Below are positions 38,598 to 53,074 of a stretch of 64,000 bases of DNA, one piece after another. Position numbers and translations under genes: made by a program. This DNA comes from Amoeboaphelidium protococcarum X5 (Eukaryota > Fungi > Aphelidiomycota), in the NCBI GenBank assembly GCA_023515725.1, contig JALDTO010000212.1, forward strand, positions 186,001-250,000, in the 5' to 3' direction. The notes under the pieces are model-generated. The model did no database searches and had not been told where the DNA came from. It saw only the letters and a list, made by a program, of their open reading frames with translations. The stretch's first letter is position 1, and each line of letters begins with the position of its first letter.

Positions 38598-40265
38598 ATG
38601 ACTGTGAAATTTAGGTATATCCTGGCATGGCGTCTGTTAAATGCTCTGCTTATTTAAACTTATTTTAGTCCAGATGAGTATTATCAAGCTATAGAGCCTG
38701 CGTATCTCAATGCCTTTTATCCTGAGTAGTTTCAGGATTTCGTATCCAACAAGTCATTTCAACAAGGATTCACTGGCCTTACATGGGAATGGAGTTAGTA
38801 GATACGATCTCCAGTAATGGTTTACGTGCTTTCACTGCTATATCAATTGCTGGAACTTGTAAATCTGGATAGTAGATGGATGATCATTCACTTGCCTAAA
38901 CTACTCTCTGCCTTAATATCATCTGTTGGTGAATATTATTCGCTGCGATTCATCTCTAAATATATCCCAAGTTTTGATAAAAATTCTGTTCTTATAATTC
39001 ATATGTGCTGGTGGTATTAGATGTTCACTAGTGGGCGCTATTTAAGTAACATTGTGGAGTAGACTCTGACAACCGTGGCATTATCCTATTGGCCCTGGAA
39101 TGGAGATTATACGCGTATATATACATCTGTCACTATTGCACTCATATCATTCTGTATTCGGCCGACATCACCCGTGATATGGATATACTTATTTATACTG
39201 CTATTGATTCGTAATGTTCAATTCAAAAGGTGGTTTCAAGTTGTCACACTATGCTCCATCCTCGGTGTGATTGTGCTCTCACTCTCTACCATGTTGGATA
39301 CAATCTTCTACTCTGCGGCAACTTCGTCACTCTACAACTTTATTCAGTTTAATCTCATATAGAACTTGTCGTCATTTTATGGGGTTCATTCTCCTTTGTG
39401 GTATATAACATCTGGACTTCCAACCATAATGCTGACATATGCTCCATTTGCTTATCTCGCTGTAATTGTTAATATAACTGGTGTCGTGTAAAGAGAAGGC
39501 TCTACATTGTCCTCATCTTTGTAGTAGCAATAGTAAATACTTTTAGATTGTACGTGGTGTCTTATTTTGACAGTTGGAATGCTTTCATTGGTGCAGCATA
39601 AGGAATTCAGATTTCTATCGTCTTTGTATTTACCTCTTATGCTATTATCTTTACAAGGCGTGTATATGGTTCTCACGTTCATCATTAATAAAAAGGGCGC
39701 CAGAAGATTTGGCAAGACTTTATTTTGGTTTATAATATTAGTGTAATTGATTGCCGGCCTGTACTTTGCTTTAGTACATCAACGAGGTGTCTTGGATCTT
39801 ATGGATGTGTTGCATCAGGACAGAGAGCAAATGCTTAAACAGCCTGAAGCGTAACAGTTTAGTGTTCTATTTGCGATGCCATGTCATTCTACTCCGTGGT
39901 TCAGTATGTTTCATCGGTATCAGTAGTCTCTTGTTGGTAATTCCCTTGATGATAAGAGTGATGATCTCCCACGGATGCGTTACTTAACTTGTGTACCGCC
40001 TCTAAATGGTGATGCCGCATAAATGGATAATTATCAAGATGAGACTGACGTATTTTACCAAGATCCCGCCAAGTATTTAAATGCACTGTTATCTGAAGAG
40101 TTTTACTCGCACGTCGTTTTATTCAAGGATTTGGAATCTGAAGCTATTCTGTCTATATTACGCGCTCATAAGTATTAAATCTCCAAAAGTATCTTCAACA
40201 GTCATTTCCACGATGACAGCCGGCGACATGGTGACATTATTGTATACTAACGATAAACTAAATGA
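38598..40265 (+). CDS. PIGB: GPI mannosyltransferase 3 (Gpi10/PIG-B)
   Basis: QTYFSPDEYYQAIEPA, LTWEW, IRPTS, HKEFRF, HQRG, MPCHSTP, FNSHFHDD. Confidence 0.94.
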
Positions 40266-40558
40266 TGAAATTGATGATAACCACGTCATTCTCTACATGT
40301 TTAAAGAAACTTTTTAAATAATACAGTCTCAGTTCACGGCTGTGTTGTCCCAATACTTACTCTCTCAATAGCAAGTAAAGACTCTGCGCTCGTTCCGTTT
40401 CAGCGCACTCTTTAAGTTTTCTGTGTGATCGTCGAGGAGATCGGCGATTTGTTCTTCTTCTTTCCCAAGTTGAATCTACCACGCCTATCTCTATAACTTC
40501 TGTATCTTCTATATTGATTCTTTGTATTGTGTTAAATTCGGCTAGTTGCTTACAATAT

Positions 40559-43500
40559 ATGAGCGTCTTGGTGGAAAGTAAATCGTTTAATAAGGTTCTT
40601 CTGTATGCGGAAGTTCCGGTGTGGAGACACGTATATGCTCTTCCTTATGCCATGGTTGTATATCCTGGTCTGATCTACTTGTGGATGAATACGCCTGTGA
40701 TGGAGTCTATATTCGGACACTTGGAATACTTTTACATCCTGGTTGGATTCGCTGTCACCGTGAATGTACTTTTGTATCTGTGCTGTCATTGGTCTGTCTA
40801 TTTGAATAGTGTTCTATGTTATGCCAGATCCATGACGGTCCACTCTGCCAGTCACGTTTACATTTAGCCGCTCAAGACTCAGATGAAGACTGAACTTGTT
40901 AAGCTTAAATCTTAGCGACTGTCTTCTAGTTAAAAAGAGCAGAGTTTGTATTTTGAGTATTAAAAGAAGAAGTTCATTTACAACTAGGATAAGAAGCGAT
41001 TTGAATCTGTCCAGTATCCTGTTAGTGGTCCACTGAGTAGTTATACTGATTACTCCGGATTGACTCAGCAGTAGGTGAAGTAATGTCGCGCAGAGTATGG
41101 CCTCAATGAATTTGATATTCCGATGCCCACATTTCAAGAGCTATTCAAGGAACATGCAGTCGCACCATTCTTTGTATTCTAGGTGTTCTGTGTGGCTTTA
41201 TGGTTCATGGATGAGTATTGGTACTATTCCCTGTTCACTCTGGCGATGCTATTTGTATTTGAAAGTACGGTGGTATTTCAGCGTTTGCGGAATCTGAGAG
41301 AGCTGCGTTCAATGACACAGCCGCCAATTGATATCAATGTTTACCGGGATGGTCAGTGGTCTATGATCAAGTCTAATTTCTTAATGCCTGGTGACCTGGT
41401 TTCTGTGGAAAGACCTGCCGATGATGACACTGCCCTGCCTTGTGACATGCTGCTATTACGCGGTCGTGCTGTAGTGAATGAGGCACTTCTAACTGGGGAG
41501 TCGACACCGTTAGTTAAGGAGGCTGTTGATGTATCTACTCACTAGTAAAGTGATGTGTATTTTGATATCAATGATGAACAGTTTAAGTCTTTTGTCCTAT
41601 TTGGAGGAACTAAAGTACTCTAAACTCTTCACACTGAGCCATCGCTTAATGATTAAGGTAATACCATGTCTGATGGATAGATATCTTCAAAGAGTAGACA
41701 GGATCGTATATCTGCACCTCCAAGTAATAGTAATAGATGTCTGGCCTATGTTTTGAGAACTGGGTTTGCAACCACGTAAGGAAAGTTGGTGAGGACAATG
41801 ATATTCTCCTCTGAGCGTGTGACTGCCAACAACAAGGAGTCCTTATTCTTTATCCTATTTCTGCTGATATTTGCCATTGGTGCATCTTATCATGTTTGGA
41901 CCGCCGGACTCAAAGATGGAAGAAAGAAGTCTAAACTCATTTTGGATTGTATCATGATTTTGACCAGTGTTGTTCCTCCAGAGCTTCCGATGGAATTATC
42001 ACTCGCCGTCAATTAGAGCTTGATGGCACTGTCCAAGAAGGCCATCTTTTGTCTGGAACCATTTCGCATTCCATTCGCCGGTAAGATTGATGTCTGTTGC
42101 TTTGACAAGACTGGCACTCTTACAGAAGAGGATTTGAAGTTGGATGGTATTGCCGTGCTGGGTGATGGAGATTCGAAGTAGGTTTTGACGCCTGCTAATG
42201 CAATTTCTTTGTAGTCTTAGCTGGCGCTAGGTAGTTGTCACTCTTTGTTGTAGATTGATGGTAAAGTTGTTGGTGACCCTCTGGAGTAGGCTTTACTATC
42301 TGCTATTGGATGGAATATAAGCAGAGATGACGATGAAAGTGTTGAAGTCGTTTCTGTTGATGAATAGACTAACAGCTCTAGTAGTAGTGGGAGTAAAGCT
42401 GATGTCATTGGCAGGATAAAGTCTGTTAAAAAGTTTCCATTTGCATCATCATTGAAAAGAATGGGAAATGTTAGTTAACTTGTCGGCAGTATACCCGGAG
42501 TTGTTATTAAAAAGAATTAGCTTTTAGTCTCTGTAAAGGGTGCTCCTGAGGTTATGAAATGTATGTTCAAGAATATCAAGGCAGAGCAATATGACAAAGT
42601 TTATACTCGATATGCTCTCAGTGGATCAAGAGTGTTGGCGGTAGGATACAAATGGATTGAATGTAATCCTAATGCAGCCAAGGATCTAAAGCGAGAAGAT
42701 GTTGAATGTGATCTTTAATTTGCCGGTTTCCTCGTCTTTACTTCACCATTGAAGAAGGACACCGTGGTGGCTATTAAGGAACTGCGAGAGTCTATGCACA
42801 GAATCATTATGATCACCGGCGATAATCCTCTCACTGCATGTTACATTGCTAAAAAGTTGAAGATTGTCCGCAAAGATGTAGTGATACTTGATTGCGCCGG
42901 TGATGATTCTTAATCTTTGTAGTATCTAACCAGTGATGGCAAAGTTGTATAAGAGTTTTATACTTCGTAAGGTGGTAAGGATAAAAGCTCTGCTAATGTT
43001 AGTGATCATACCAAGTTGATTTTATAGTATGATATCTGCTGCACAGGGCCCGCATTAGAATAGATACATTCATCGCCCATCTACAAAGACTTGCTGGTGC
43101 ATAAGATTTGGGTGTATGCTCGTACTTCACCATCATAGAAGGAAGTTATTTTGCATCGCTTGAAGGAATAGGATTATGTCACTCTTATGTGCGGTGATGG
43201 TACGAATGATGTGGGAGCTTTAAAGTCTGCGGATGTCGGCGTGGCCTTGCTGGATGGCACAGCTGAAGATTTGGAAAAGATTGCCAAGACTATGCAGTTG
43301 AGACGGATGCAAGAGATGTAGGCTAAGCAGGAAGAGTTGTTCAAGTCTTGGGGTCGTAATATTCCGGACAATGTTCGATCCTAGTAGCAGAGATAGGTGT
43401 AGAGTCTTATTTAATCCATAGATTCACCAGACGATGTACCAATACTGAAGTTTGGTGATGCTTCTGTGGCTGCATCGTTCACTTCCAAGATTGGTTCTGT

Positions 43501-44221
43501 GATGTCCATCTGCGAAATTTTGCGTTAGGGAAGATGTACACTGGTCACCACGATTTAAATGTACAAGATCCTTGCGTTGAACTGTCTAATTACAGCATTC
43601 ACTTTGAGTGCTTTGTATCTGGATGGTATAAAGTATGGTGATACTCAACTGACTCTGCAGGGATTTCTGTTGGCTGGTTGCTTTCTATTTCTGTCATGGG
43701 CTAAGCCGATCGAGCGTCTATCCAAGAAACGTCCACTAGCTAATATTTTTAATTTGTATATCATTGGTACAGTGCTGGGTCAATTTGCCGTTCATGCCGC
43801 GTCATTGTGGTATGTAGTACAATAGACAAAGCTACTGCTACCTGAGGATTGGAAGCCTGATGAGGAGGAGAAAGAGTTTGCACCCAATATGCTTAATACT
43901 TCAGTCTACCTGATCTCACTTTCAATGCAGGTCTCCACCTTCCTGGTGAATTATGAAGGCCGTCCATTTAGAGAGAGTTTGCGTGAGAACAAACCGTTGT
44001 ATTACTCGCTGCTATCCCTTTTGGGTATTGCGATATGCGGAGCTGCTCAGGTGAGTGTTGAATTGAACGAGTGGGTCCAGTTGGTTCCAATGGAGAAGAG
44101 TTTTAGTGAGAAATTGGTCTATGTTATCCTGATGGATGTAACGTTGTGTTACGGTATTAATTATGCCCTGGAGTATCTCTTCTCTGATAATAAAAGTAAG
44201 CGCAGCCTGGACTTGGAATGA
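40559..44221 (+). CDS. SPF1: P5A-type ATPase (Spf1/ATP13A1)
   Basis: [50 protein letters not shown]. 1220 aa. Confidence 0.96.
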
Positions 44222-44303
44222 TTTATCGTAGCTACTGGACTTTTTAACATTGACTTGAAATGAACGTGAAAATAGATTCATGCAATTACAATTATACTTT
44301 CAG

Positions 44304-46091
44304 TCATTTAGTGTACACTTCTCTCTCCCTGACTGAACACTTCTCTTAGAATGCTTATCGTATGAAGATTGCATTGCGAACTTGAAATTTAAAGTATCTG
44401 TATATAAACAACAAAATCATTTAGTGCGTGAACTACGCCTAGCAGATTGCAATAGCTGAATTCGCTCTTCTTGCCTTTGAATTTCCAGATCCAACTAATC
44501 TTACAGCTCTATAAGCTGAGATTTCTTACGTGCATCAGATGGAGAATACTACGTTCTAATTACAGAATAATCAAACTACTAATGACCCGCATCATGTACA
44601 TGAGGACGTTATGCCGATTAATAAGAATAGTCTGTCAAACTCTGCCGCTACAGATTCTCTTTTAAATCATCCATAACTGTGGTGCGCAACTTATTCTCAG
44701 CCTCAGATTGTAGGAGTTTAGACTTCATGGACTGTATGGCACTATCTTTCTACTTGATCCGAGACTTCAACTCATTTATCGTTCCAGTAGAGCTATACGG
44801 CTACTCTCCCTTCCCATCTTCCACTGAGGCAAGTCGATTCTACAATTGATATATTAGAGCATCTTTAGCCTCCAATTAATCACTTAAATGCACCAAGAAA
44901 TCATCTTTGTCATTCTATTACATTACAAGACTTTAGCTAAGACGCCGATTCTCCTCCAGTTAAAAGTTCAACTTGATATCCATTTACTTGAGTTTCTTAG
45001 CGTATAAATTTTCATAATACACCTCCATCACTTTCTACTATTCATTCTTCTCTTTGATGACATTCTTCTAGTTCTAGCACTAATCTGAAAGCTGTGCAAT
45101 CTTTGTCTATAGTTCAACAAATTTCTAGTCCATAGACATTCTCTCACGCTCGAGCTAATCTTACAGACGTTGTTCAAATTCCTCCTCGATTGCCGCAACT
45201 TCCTCTGCAATCTATTACTCCAAATCTGCGCGATAATTATCAATTTTGTACTAGGACTTCTCCTTCTCAAAATCATAATCACGTTTCACACTCTCCAGCT
45301 GAATTCTGTTTGATTCTTGTAACACACGAATCTCAGCCTGGTGAGTCTCCTAAATTGCCTTGTTATCTCTGTCCAATTTTTCATTAGCCTCTTTTAGGTA
45401 TTTAATCAAGTTCTAGTACTTGGCCTTTTCCTATCTCCATTGACTCTCTTTACGACTTTCCATCTCTAAGAACTTGCTATGCAATGTAGATTACATTTCA
45501 CTTTGAATGTGATTCTCTCTGTCAGCGTACACCTAGCATTTGGAATTCAGTTCTGCAATAACGCCATCTTTGTGATGAAGATCTTGCTGTAATTGAACGA
45601 TTTGCATGTCTTGATCCTTCACTCTAATATTTAGATGATCAATGCGAGCCTTCAGTTCATTCGCATTGTCCTAATGGGCTTATGATAGTTCATGCAGAAC
45701 CTTCTGCTACTCGGCCGCCAATTGTATCAGCTCTTGCGAGGATTATTCCTTTTCACTCCTCCAGTGCTCACTGTCCTTCTACATACATGCATATCGAAGG
45801 AATTGAAAGTCTTACTTTTAGATTGATTAAGCAATCTTACCTCGGCTTTGAGAAGAGACTGTTTGAGAACTTGTACTTCATCTTGTAAACTTTTAATGGC
45901 GGCATTGCGCTCTGCCAACAGAAAGTCAGTCTATTCGCGTTCCTTGTCCCACAGCTCCATTTAGAGTCTCAACTTTTCCTTAATATGCTCCAGCTGAGTT
46001 TATCTACGTACAAACTTAGAAACTAGTAATAACTGTAAATTTAATAAATGACAAGAGCTTACTTTTTAACATGATTATAACTAGTGGTCAT
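44304..46091 (-). CDS. Coiled-coil protein; introns near 46004-46062, 45779-45841 and possibly 44398-44436 (stop at 44417 if unspliced)
   Basis: E/Q/K/L-rich heptad-like sequence. GT-AG introns restore a continuous frame. Confidence 0.6.
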
Positions 46092-46592
46092 TGTCAATCT
46101 AAGGTAGATCCAATGAGAGTACTGAGAAGTTTAAGAGTAAACGGTTGGTGTATGAAACACCTTGCGCCGGTCAAAAAGTTGAAACCAAAATACGAAACTC
46201 TAAGAGTAAAGAGAGAGTCGTTAATAGCGCGCGTACAAAGTATTACTAAGGTCGGAACTATGCTAGTGAAGCCAACCGTTGATACCGTGACTTGGTACTG
46301 ATCAGATTTAAAATATTAAGGATGCTTCGTTAACACTCAGAGGGATGCGACCAACCACTGTCAACAAAGTTAGAATGCGCGTAAACAACATCAAAACTTA
46401 TGCTCTGCTCATTTGCTGGCTGTATTAAAGAGTTGAGTATGCTTAATGGTTTGTTATCAAGTAGTTTTCAGTTGCACTGAAGCAATCAGAATTTTTACAG
46501 ATTAGATTCTTAATTTTAAAATAGCTTTATTATCCATATTTAAAGAAACTGTACAAGTCAGCTTTCAAAATATGGCATCATTTATTGAGAGT

Positions 46593-48605
46593 TCACGTTT
46601 CATTTATCAGATTAAGAAGTTGCTGTTAGTACGTCTCAGTTACTGCACGCACAGAGGTTTTAAGAGACGACAGTTGCTCTTGACATGTTTTATAATCAGA
46701 GAGGAGCTGAGTGTGAGAAGTCTCCATTTGGTTGAGCTTGTCATTTACGCGACTTATCTCTTCTTCATGACCAGTTTTCAGTTGATCAGCATACAGCTCC
46801 AGCTTTTGAATATTATCATCAGCCCAGTTTGATAGATCGGTATTGTACTATTGCAAAGACGCGAAATTAGATTCGTACTCAACCAAGCGCTTTTCCATGG
46901 TTTTGATTTACGCTTTTAAAGCCTCATTGTCCATTTCATCAAGCTTATCCATAGATATTGCTCTACTCAAGGAAAGTTGATCAGAGGATTTTCTTGGATC
47001 AGATCGAATAGACTCGCGAGTTAGTCTTTTAATTTAAGCATGACTCAAAGATTAGGACTTGTATTCAGATCTACGATTTGCAGTAGACTTGAGGGAATCA
47101 TTCTCAATAATCAAACTCTCCATTTCTGTGTTGAGCGTCTTCAGTTCCCTGTTAAGGGACTGTATCATCTCATCTTTGGAATGTAGCAGATTATCGGACT
47201 TTTTGACAGCGTCAGACAACTTATCCTTCAACTCTTTCACTTATTACTCGTGCTCAACCTGAACTTTGTCTTGTTCAGAGAGAATTTTCTGCAGTTATAG
47301 CCTGAACCGACGAGCTGCAGATTGATCTTCACTTTACAGTTATTACTAGTCAGCATCAGTTTGAACCTCAGCATTTTAACCAGCCACAGAATCAACTTCG
47401 GTGAAAGCATCAATCAGAGCAAGACCTTCGTATTAAACTTCAGCATCAACAGCTTTGGACTCAGTGGACTTGCTCGATTAAGATGACGCCAAATCAGATT
47501 CCAATTGAACAATCTTTGCCTACAGTTGCTTAATTTCATCATTATCATTAGAGATTAGACGCTTAATATCATCAGGAGGAGAAGAATCTGATGGAGTCTG
47601 CAGCCGATCTAAAATCATTTCCAACTGATCAAGACGCTACTTAAGCGCGTCATTCTCATCAGTCAATGATTATATCTTGGATTTTGATTATTTCTGGCTT
47701 GATAGTAAATTATCGCGCTCTTATGTCACCGCTTAGAGCTGAGGATCAACATTGTCCTTAGACACCATCTGCTACTATAACTGGTATTACGCCGCATACA
47801 GCTCTCGCTCCAAATTCTCAGCCAGAGCATTCGCTGTGAAAAACTTCACCTCCAAATCACGAATTTCCTTAAAGTAACTTTATGAAGAAGCTGCTAGCTT
47901 GTCTCTATCTTCAGTAACTTACTTAAGCTCAATGGATAGTCGCTTAATTTCAGCATTGTTCTCCTAGGCTTCCTTACTTAGCGCGTCCACCTTTCGTTAC
48001 AACTCGAAAACTTCTAAATTTGCGCTGTCAGTCTGCTTCTGATCGACAGACGATTGCTTTTCCAGCTACTAAAGCGCCATTTAATGCTTCTCTTACGCCA
48101 GCTGATCTAGCTATCGACTAAGCATTCTGCTGTTATCAGCTTCTATTTTCAGAGCTTTTTCACTCTATGTCTGCTCTTAGATGACCGCGTTATTCATGTA
48201 ATCAGCTCGCTCAGCCGAGTGGGAATCATTTATAGCATTACTATTCTAATGAGGAGGCGGTGTGAGTCGATCGATATCTGTTGAATAAGACTCGAGGCTA
48301 CCAATTACTTGATCAAGCTTCAGAGCACTGTTGGACAATTTACGCGGACTCTATCTCGGCAGGGTATCCTCGTAAAGATTAAGGCCTCCACTTTCCAATG
48401 TATCTTCAGCGAATTACTTTTACAGTAGAGCTTTATTGCTTTAAGTTATAGGCGACGCCATTGTTTCAAAGGCCCAATCTTTTTTCGTGTCTCTGGCGGA
48501 TTCGTCACCACTAGGAGATAGCAGAGGTGATAGAAGAATCTTACGCCTACGGGGAGGTGCGCTTGGTTTTTATTTTAACTGTTACTATTATTACTATAAA
48601 GTCAT
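46593..48605 (-). CDS. Coiled-coil protein with N-terminal polyQ
   Basis: 670-aa table-6 ORF starting MTLQQQQQQ (TAG TAA TAA TAG TAA CAG), ending in TGA. Confidence 0.7.
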
Positions 48606-48934
48606 TCAATATTATAATTTCAATGCGTTTTTTCATTAATCGAATGATAATTACCAGCTGTTTGAGTGTACAAGAAGAAAACCAAGTGCTATTAGATCAC
48701 TGGACGCGGTCAGTGCTGACATTGTTGTAACACGATAGTGGCATTGCTGATTGGTCTTACAAAGTCACGCGTAAGATCTTAGCAGATCGGGCTTTAGATG
48801 CGTAACCAGTCATTTAATCGGTCAGTAGTGTTTGATGTAATCACCATAACGTTTCCTAATCACATTATGATTGTTTCCATCTCGATCATAGTTTTTTTTG
48901 TCCAACGAGACAATATCGAAGCCGACTAACTAAC

Positions 48935-49582
48935 ATGGATCTAGATCATCACCATTGTTATCTGTGTTTTGTCACTTTGGAACATCATTTGGCGACTAAA
49001 AATTTATAATCGAACCATAAGGAAGCGTCTGTATGTACACAGCTGTTGGACAAATTGTCTGCGGTGTTACCAGCTAAAGACTAGCTTTATCCGTTGTTTG
49101 TGACTTGGAAAGTTACCTAGGATCATAGATTGCGCGGGTGCATCGGTACATTCCAAGCTACTGCTCCTCTGTAATAGCTACTGCCAGAATATGCGCTTAT
49201 TGCCGCAATGCAAGACTCTAGATTTTATCCAATTAGTAGAGGGGAGCTTAGTGATCTACACGTCACCGTGTCGTTGTTGTATAATTTTGAAACGGTCGAT
49301 CAGTGGGATGATTGGGAGGTGGGCACTCACGGTATACGAGTAAAGTTCAAGAAAAGATACACTGCCACCTTCTTGCCTGAAGTTGCACATGAGCAAGGAT
49401 GGACCAAGAGGCAGACTATTGAGAGAGCGATAGAGAAGGCTGGTTACAGCGGTGCGATTCCGGAAGAAGTATTCACATCCGAATCTTCAATGGTACAAGT
49501 GGAGCGTTATTAGAGCCGTACTAAAAGCGTGTCTTACCAAGAATATACGGCATGGAAATCTAATCATTAAATTGAAAATTGA
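48935..49582 (+). CDS. AMMECR1-family protein
   Basis: YPLFVTW, LRGCIGTF, DSRF, WEVGTHGI, ATFLPEVAHEQGW, RY(TAG=Q)S. Confidence 0.95.
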
Positions 49583-49717
49583 TTTTGAATTATTATTATA
49601 GTTTTACTATTGCTGTAGGTTTTTGAACTCTGACTTTCCAACCTCTTTCCCTTTACTTATCTTGCGCGAAAAGCTCTTACTGTGCTATTAATCTGCAAGT
49701 GCGTATAATATCGCGGT

Positions 49718-50184
49718 ATGATTTAATTGTTAGTTACCACTATATTCTTGCTGGTTGGCATAGCGTTCATCTTGCACTCTGGCTACTCTGCGGCTGAAAG
49801 TAAGTTGACCTATTTGTTTTGATAAGTTCAATGTACATGAGTGTTGTTTGATGCGTATAGATGTCGCGTTTATGAAGGCTCATCCTGACAAAAGTTGGAG
49901 CAATGGGAACAGCGACTATGAGATGTTTACAACTGTTTCTAATGCACTTGGTGTACAGCTTCCCGCTGATGTTTTAGTGGAACTTATGCTTGGCGCTTTA
50001 TTCAGCTTGACTGGAATCATGTCTTATGTTACTCTCAAGTATCCTATTAAAACTATAGCATATGCAGATCATACATCCAAGAATGAAAAGTACGCTCATA
50101 TTTTGTATAAATCTAGACCCAGGAATGTTTAATCTCTTTTTATGTAGATTAATTCTTGCTGGATTGATGAAGTAATCAATTTGA
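49718..50184 (+). CDS. EMC5/MMgT-family membrane protein; intron 49800-49860, 3' end uncertain
   Basis: TM1 followed by LHSGYSAAE, LPADVLVE followed by TM2. Confidence 0.7.
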
Positions 50185-50276
50185 ATTCGAATATGTTATA
50201 AATTGTTCTAATTCACCACAATTGATCTTCTTTATTTCCATTGTGACCGCCTTCTCTCTATCTTAAAATTGACAAA

Positions 50277-51464
50277 ATGAAAGTGAAATATTTTGTTGAA
50301 TATCAGACTTAATCTATTCCTAAACAGAAAAATGGTCCATAAGTAATAGATAGCGATTTAAAGTAGGACTCATTTATGAAAGAGTATGTACGAAAGCGTG
50401 TGCCTTGTGTTTTAATCAGCAGCGACGCGTCAAAGCTCACCAAGAAGGCGGTAAAGTTCATCACTGGAAATGACGGCGAGCTGAGACGCGTCAAAGTAGC
50501 CGTAGAGTCGAAGTAAAGTTATTAAGGCACTTTTGGCACGTCGAGCCAGAAATAGATTGAAGAGTTTGGCAATTTTATCTAGCTTATTTAAGACAAGGAT
50601 TCTGAGACAGATTATTATTTGAGTACGCAATATGGTATAGATTAAAAGTGCGCAATCAGCTCTGTATTAATGCAGCGCGATGTTATCCCTCAAGTACCAG
50701 CACTAGTTGATGCGTCTCAATGTCAGATGTTTGATGTCAACTTGTGGATGGGATCAGCGGAGGCTTCATCGCGTTTGCATTTTGATTATCATGATAATTT
50801 GTACTACCTTTGTGAAGGGGAGAAGCAGTTTATCCTATTTCCACCATCATGTGCGCCTAATCTCTATCTAAATACTGAAGAGCATGGTATTGATCAAGTT
50901 CTAGTTGATCGCGACGGATTCATCGAGTTTAGCACCGAGACGCAGAGAAAACGAAGTTATAGATCCAGCGATGAAGAGGATAATTATGGAAGTGGTAGTG
51001 AAGAAGAGTAGGATAGCATTATTGCAACTGGTAAGCGATAAAGAGTGGATAGTGCGGAGGGATTCGACTCGGAAATCGATTCAATCGACTGGAATGGTCG
51101 CGATGATTTTGATGAAGAGGTTATGCTCTCTGGGAATTCTAATTATGGAGGTGATGATGATAGTGAAGATGATAATACTCTTTTAAAAGATCCTCCGTCT
51201 TTCAGTCGCATTCCGGTCGACGTCTTGCATAGTTATGTACAATCTAAAGGTTTGAAGCTTGATCTATAGGACAGGAGCAAGAGCGGCGCCAGTCTGAATG
51301 ATTTCCCTTCATTGCGCAAATGTGATCCCATAGTAGTCACTCTGAAAGCCGGTCAGTGTCTATTTCTACCTGCTGGATGGTTCCACGAAGTTTCATCTCG
51401 AAATGTCTCCAAGAGCCACTTTCATCTCGCTATCAACTATTGGTTCACTTTGAAATAGAAATGA
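50277..51464 (+). CDS. JmjC (cupin-8) 2-oxoglutarate/Fe(II) oxygenase
   Basis: NLWMG, LHFDYHDNLY (HxD), GEKQFILFPP, LFLPAGWFHEV, AINYWF. Confidence 0.92.
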
Positions 51465-53074
51465 TAGTTTTATAAGCTTACACTTGATTAACTGTAACAT
51501 TTGCTTTAGCGTCGTTATTTATATCATTTTCCGTGGCGTAATTAGCGGTTTTATTTAATAAGACCTTGAAGTAAAAGAATACCAGGTTAGTATTCCCCAT
51601 TTCTCTAATAGTTTGACGCGCCATAACAATCAATTGACTTGATCTTGTATGAAAGCGTTTTTCAGTATGCGCGTTACAAGAACCTTAATCTCTGAGTTCT
51701 CGCCATGATTCTAAAAGGGCTTAAGTTTACAACCACCATGATATCAAGTTCTATAAATGAATGCACTATTGTATTCGCGCAAGGGAATGCCGATTAGATA
51801 ACCATTTGTTTGCGTGGGCGATCAACTGGCTTTTAATTCGATTTCCATCACGCCCAAGCAATCAACCTTATCTCCTTACTCTCAAACTGAATAATTGAAT
51901 TTAATTGACTACAGTATATCTAATAATTCGAACGCTCGAACCATATCTTTTCAAATGTCACAACAGATTGATTGTAATTTGATATGGAAATACAAGAAAA
52001 TGTGATTTTTAACAAGTATTGGAAGCAGACGTCGACTCTGGTGCAGGACCTTGTGAGTTTACTTGGTGAGTATGTTGAACTGCAAGTAGTTAATCATATC
52101 CATTCTGCCTGTAACTGAATGGATGAGATCTTTTTACTAATCCGTTTATGTATTTCTAAACAACTTGGTTTTCAGACTACCTTGATGGAAGAGTAGTTAT
52201 ATCAACTGGTTTATGAGAATTTTGGTGATTGATGATTACACCGAATTTGCACTTCTAGCTTTACTGCATGATAAAGAGACCGCTTGCTAAGAGTTGAGAA
52301 GGATTCTCATTGGAATTGATATATTAACTGACATGAAAATCAATACTCTACAATGTGATGGTGGGGGAGACTTTATCAAACTGCAAATTATGTTTGCACT
52401 GCTTATTGATAGTGTTTAGGGGCTGGGATATACTGCTACTGTCAGTATATTACGTCTATGAGCAATTATAGACACACCACCCTGAATTTATCAGTGTGGA
52501 CAGGGTTGGAAAGCAGACATTTGAATTATTTGCAACCCATAAAGACGCAGAACGCGTGTTGTGGCAGCATTAGTAGCGCATGCTGTTTTACGAGCGAGTC
52601 ACTGCGCACTATGCTTTCAATTCGGTGCATATTGGCACTTATCAGCGAGCGAGATTCACTGGGTACATTAACGTTGATGTAATTGCGCTGAACTACCATG
52701 CGATGAAAAGAAACGCCTGGGATCACGTAGAAACGGTATAACGTAGAGAGAATACAGTTTGTCGCCAATGAGAGTTGAATGCTTAAACAAGCATCACGAT
52801 GGGATTGGCTTAATGCTTTAGAAGCTCAGCTATAATCACTGCTAGATGATCTCGTGTGCACGCTACTCAAATACTATAGTGTTTTGTTTTACCCATCGAA
52901 CCTGTCGTGTCTTTCATACTATTTATTGCCCGCACTGAATGATGATCCATACTGAATGTGATCGGGCGCGTGTTTCTCTCTTCTCCGTCTGCTTTGGTCT
53001 GCTTCTTTCTTTCTAAAATATATCCACACGTTCTTGTAATTGCTTATTGCACAAACTAAAAATTAAATATTGGC

